Shown here in pieces: positions 61,856 to 64,000 of a stretch of DNA of 64,000 nucleotides; position 1 is the stretch's first letter; each line of letters opens with the position of its first letter. This DNA is from Octopus bimaculoides (lineage: Eukaryota): NCBI RefSeq assembly GCF_001194135.2, contig NC_068981.1, positions 106,898,205 through 106,962,204 of the forward strand, read 5' to 3'. The notes beneath the pieces are model-generated. The model saw only the letters and a program-made list of their open reading frames with translations, searched no databases and had not been told where the DNA came from. The position numbers and the translations under genes were made by a program.

Positions 61856-63815
61856 GGCACTGGCAATGATCTCACTCGAAAACCCTACAAGGCCAGTCAG
61901 GCGGTACTGGCAACGGTCACGCTCAGGATGGTACNNNNNNNNNNNNNNNNNNNNNNNNNNNNNNNNNNNNNNNNNNNNNNNNNNNNNNNNNNNNNNNNNN
62001 NNNNNNNNNNNNNNNNNNNNNNNNNNNNNNNNNNNNNNNNNNNNNNNNNNNNNNNNNNNNNNNNNNNNNNNNNNNNNNNNNNNNNNNNNNNNNNNNNNNN
62101 NNNNNNNNNNNNNNNNNNNNNNNNNNNNNNNNNNNNNNNNNNNNNNNNNNNNNNNNNNNNNNNNNNNNNNNNNNNNNNNNNNNNNNNNNNNNNNNNNNNN
62201 NNNNNNNNNNNNNNNNNNNNNNNNNNNNNNNNNNNNNNNNNNNNNNNNNNNNNNNNNNNNNNNNNNNNNNNNNNNNNNNNNNNNNNNNNNNNNNNNNNNN
62301 NNNNNNNNNNNNNNNNNNNNNNNNNNNNNNNNNNNNNNNNNNNNNNNNNNNNNNNNNNNNNNNNNNNNNNNNNNNNNNNNNNNNNNNNNNNNNNNNNNNN
62401 NNNNNNNNNNNNNNNNNNNNNNNNNNNNNNNNNNNNNNNNNNNNNNNNNNNNNNNNNNNNNNNNNNNNNNNNNNNNNNNNNNNNNNNNNNNNNNNNNNNN
62501 NNNNNNNNNNNNNNNNNNNNNNNNNNNNNNNNNNNNNNNNNNNNNNNNNNNNNNNNNNNNNNNNNNNNNNNNNNNNNNNNNNNNNNNNNNNNNNNNNNNN
62601 NNNNNNNNNNNNNNNNNNNNNNNNNNNNNNNNNNNNNNNNNNNNNNNNNNNNNNNNNNNNNNNNNNNNNNNNNNNNNNNNNNNNNNNNNNNNNNNNNNNN
62701 NNNNNNNNNNNNNNNNNNNNNNNNNNNNNNNNNNNNNNNNNNNNNNNNNNNNNNNNNNNNNNNNNNNNNNNNNNNNNNNNNNNNNNNNNNNNNNNNNNNN
62801 NNGGTAAGAGCTCTCTAAACTTGGCCCAGGCTATTCTTATTCTAGAAGTTACACTTTCAGCGCACCCACCCCCACTACTAACTTGGTCACCCAGATAGCG
62901 GAAGCTATCAACTACGTCTAGTTTTTCTCCCTGGAATGAGATAGAAGTTGTTTCCTGTTTGTTTACAGTGTTTATTGCACCTGAACATCTGCCACATACA
63001 AAGACTAACTTTGTAGTTGATCTGCCTTTGATATTGCTGCACCTCTTATGTGTCCATAGCTTGCACCGGGTACATCTTATATGCCTTTGGAAATTTTTAA
63101 TTCTTAATTGTATGCCACTTGAGTAGACAAGAGAGAAAAAGGTTGGAGCAAAGAAATCAGGAGAGAATATAGTTGAGTGTAGAATGAGTATAAGAAGGAA
63201 ATGAAGGATTTATTGGTCAGAGCAAAGTTTAGATTAGATTTCATAAAAAATATGTGCATGCAGATGTCCATATGTCTTTGTCCACTTTTTTGCATGTATA
63301 CTTGCATATATAAAGCCACTTAATTTTTTCTACAGATCGAGCAGGGCCATCTACCTCAAGGAGTTTGTGTTTTGTCTACCTTCATACTTATTAGGACTGG
63401 TTTTAGCTAGGTTGACTCTAAGGCCTTTCAATTCTAGTCCTTGCTTCCACACCTGAAACTTCTCCTCTAGTTCTGATAGTGACTCAGCAATTAGGGCAAG
63501 GTCATCAGCATAGAGGATCTCCCAAGGGTAACATGTCTTGAATTCCTCTGTTATTGCCAGGTGGACTATAATAAATAGGAGGGACCTGAGGACTGAACCT
63601 TGGTGGATCCCTACCTCTACCCAGAATTCTTCACTGTACTCGTTGCCAACCCTCATCTTACTGACAGTGTCCCTGCACATGGCTTGCACAGCTCTCACTA
63701 ACCACTCATCTATCCCTAGTTTCCTCATTGACCACCAGATAAGGGATCGGGGGACCCTGTCAAAGGCTTTCTCCATATCACCAAAAGCCAGGTACAGAGG
63801 TTTATCTTTGGCTAG
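61856..63815 (-). mobile_element. RTE-A LINE (RT core to 3' UTR), interrupted by a gap and a ~245-bp insert
   Basis: 63325-63815: DMEKAFDRVP...GIHQGSVL...YADDLALI...KGLRVNLAKT...GRWPCSICRK. 62803-63080: RCTRCKLWTHKRC...FVCGRC...FRVVDSFRYLG-like segment. UTR repeats at 61856-61934. Confidence 0.9.
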
Positions 63816-63825
63816 ATATTTCTCC

Positions 63826-63917
63826 TGATATATTTATGTACATATATATATATAGATATATTTATGCACATATATATATAGATATATTTATGCACACACA
63901 CACACACACACACACAC

Positions 63918-63985
<68 letters not shown>
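63826..63985. repeat. Compound ~26-bp minisatellite plus (CA)n(AT)n(AG)n
   Basis: GATATATTTATGCACATATATATATA units, then simple repeats. Confidence 0.85.
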
Positions 63986-63986
<1 letters not shown>

Positions 63987-64000
63987 TGTTTATGCACATA

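Overview
AT-rich, microsatellite-dense animal genomic DNA with six N-gaps. The SINE/LINE/MITE repertoire resembles what I recall from Octopus (coleoid cephalopod), but this is unverified. I could not identify any intact host protein-coding gene. The window is mostly layered transposon remains: two decayed piggyBac (PGBD4-like) elements plus three matching ~200-bp MITEs; one full-length dead mariner; several older Tc1/mariner fossils including a DD37D/maT fragment; many copies of an RTE-like LINE whose RT carries an embedded C4HC3 PHD-type finger; a second RTE-like family; CR1-like, RLE-type (HERO-like) and Penelope-like fragments; and at least five SINE-like families. The best non-annotated signals are a complete minimal type-I hammerhead ribozyme (25576-25621) inside a 340-bp direct-repeat-bounded unit (retrozyme-like), a perfect 44-bp Penelope-associated hairpin that may fold at a ribozyme stem III, several long foldback structures, and a speculative phase-compatible chain of small plus-strand exons.
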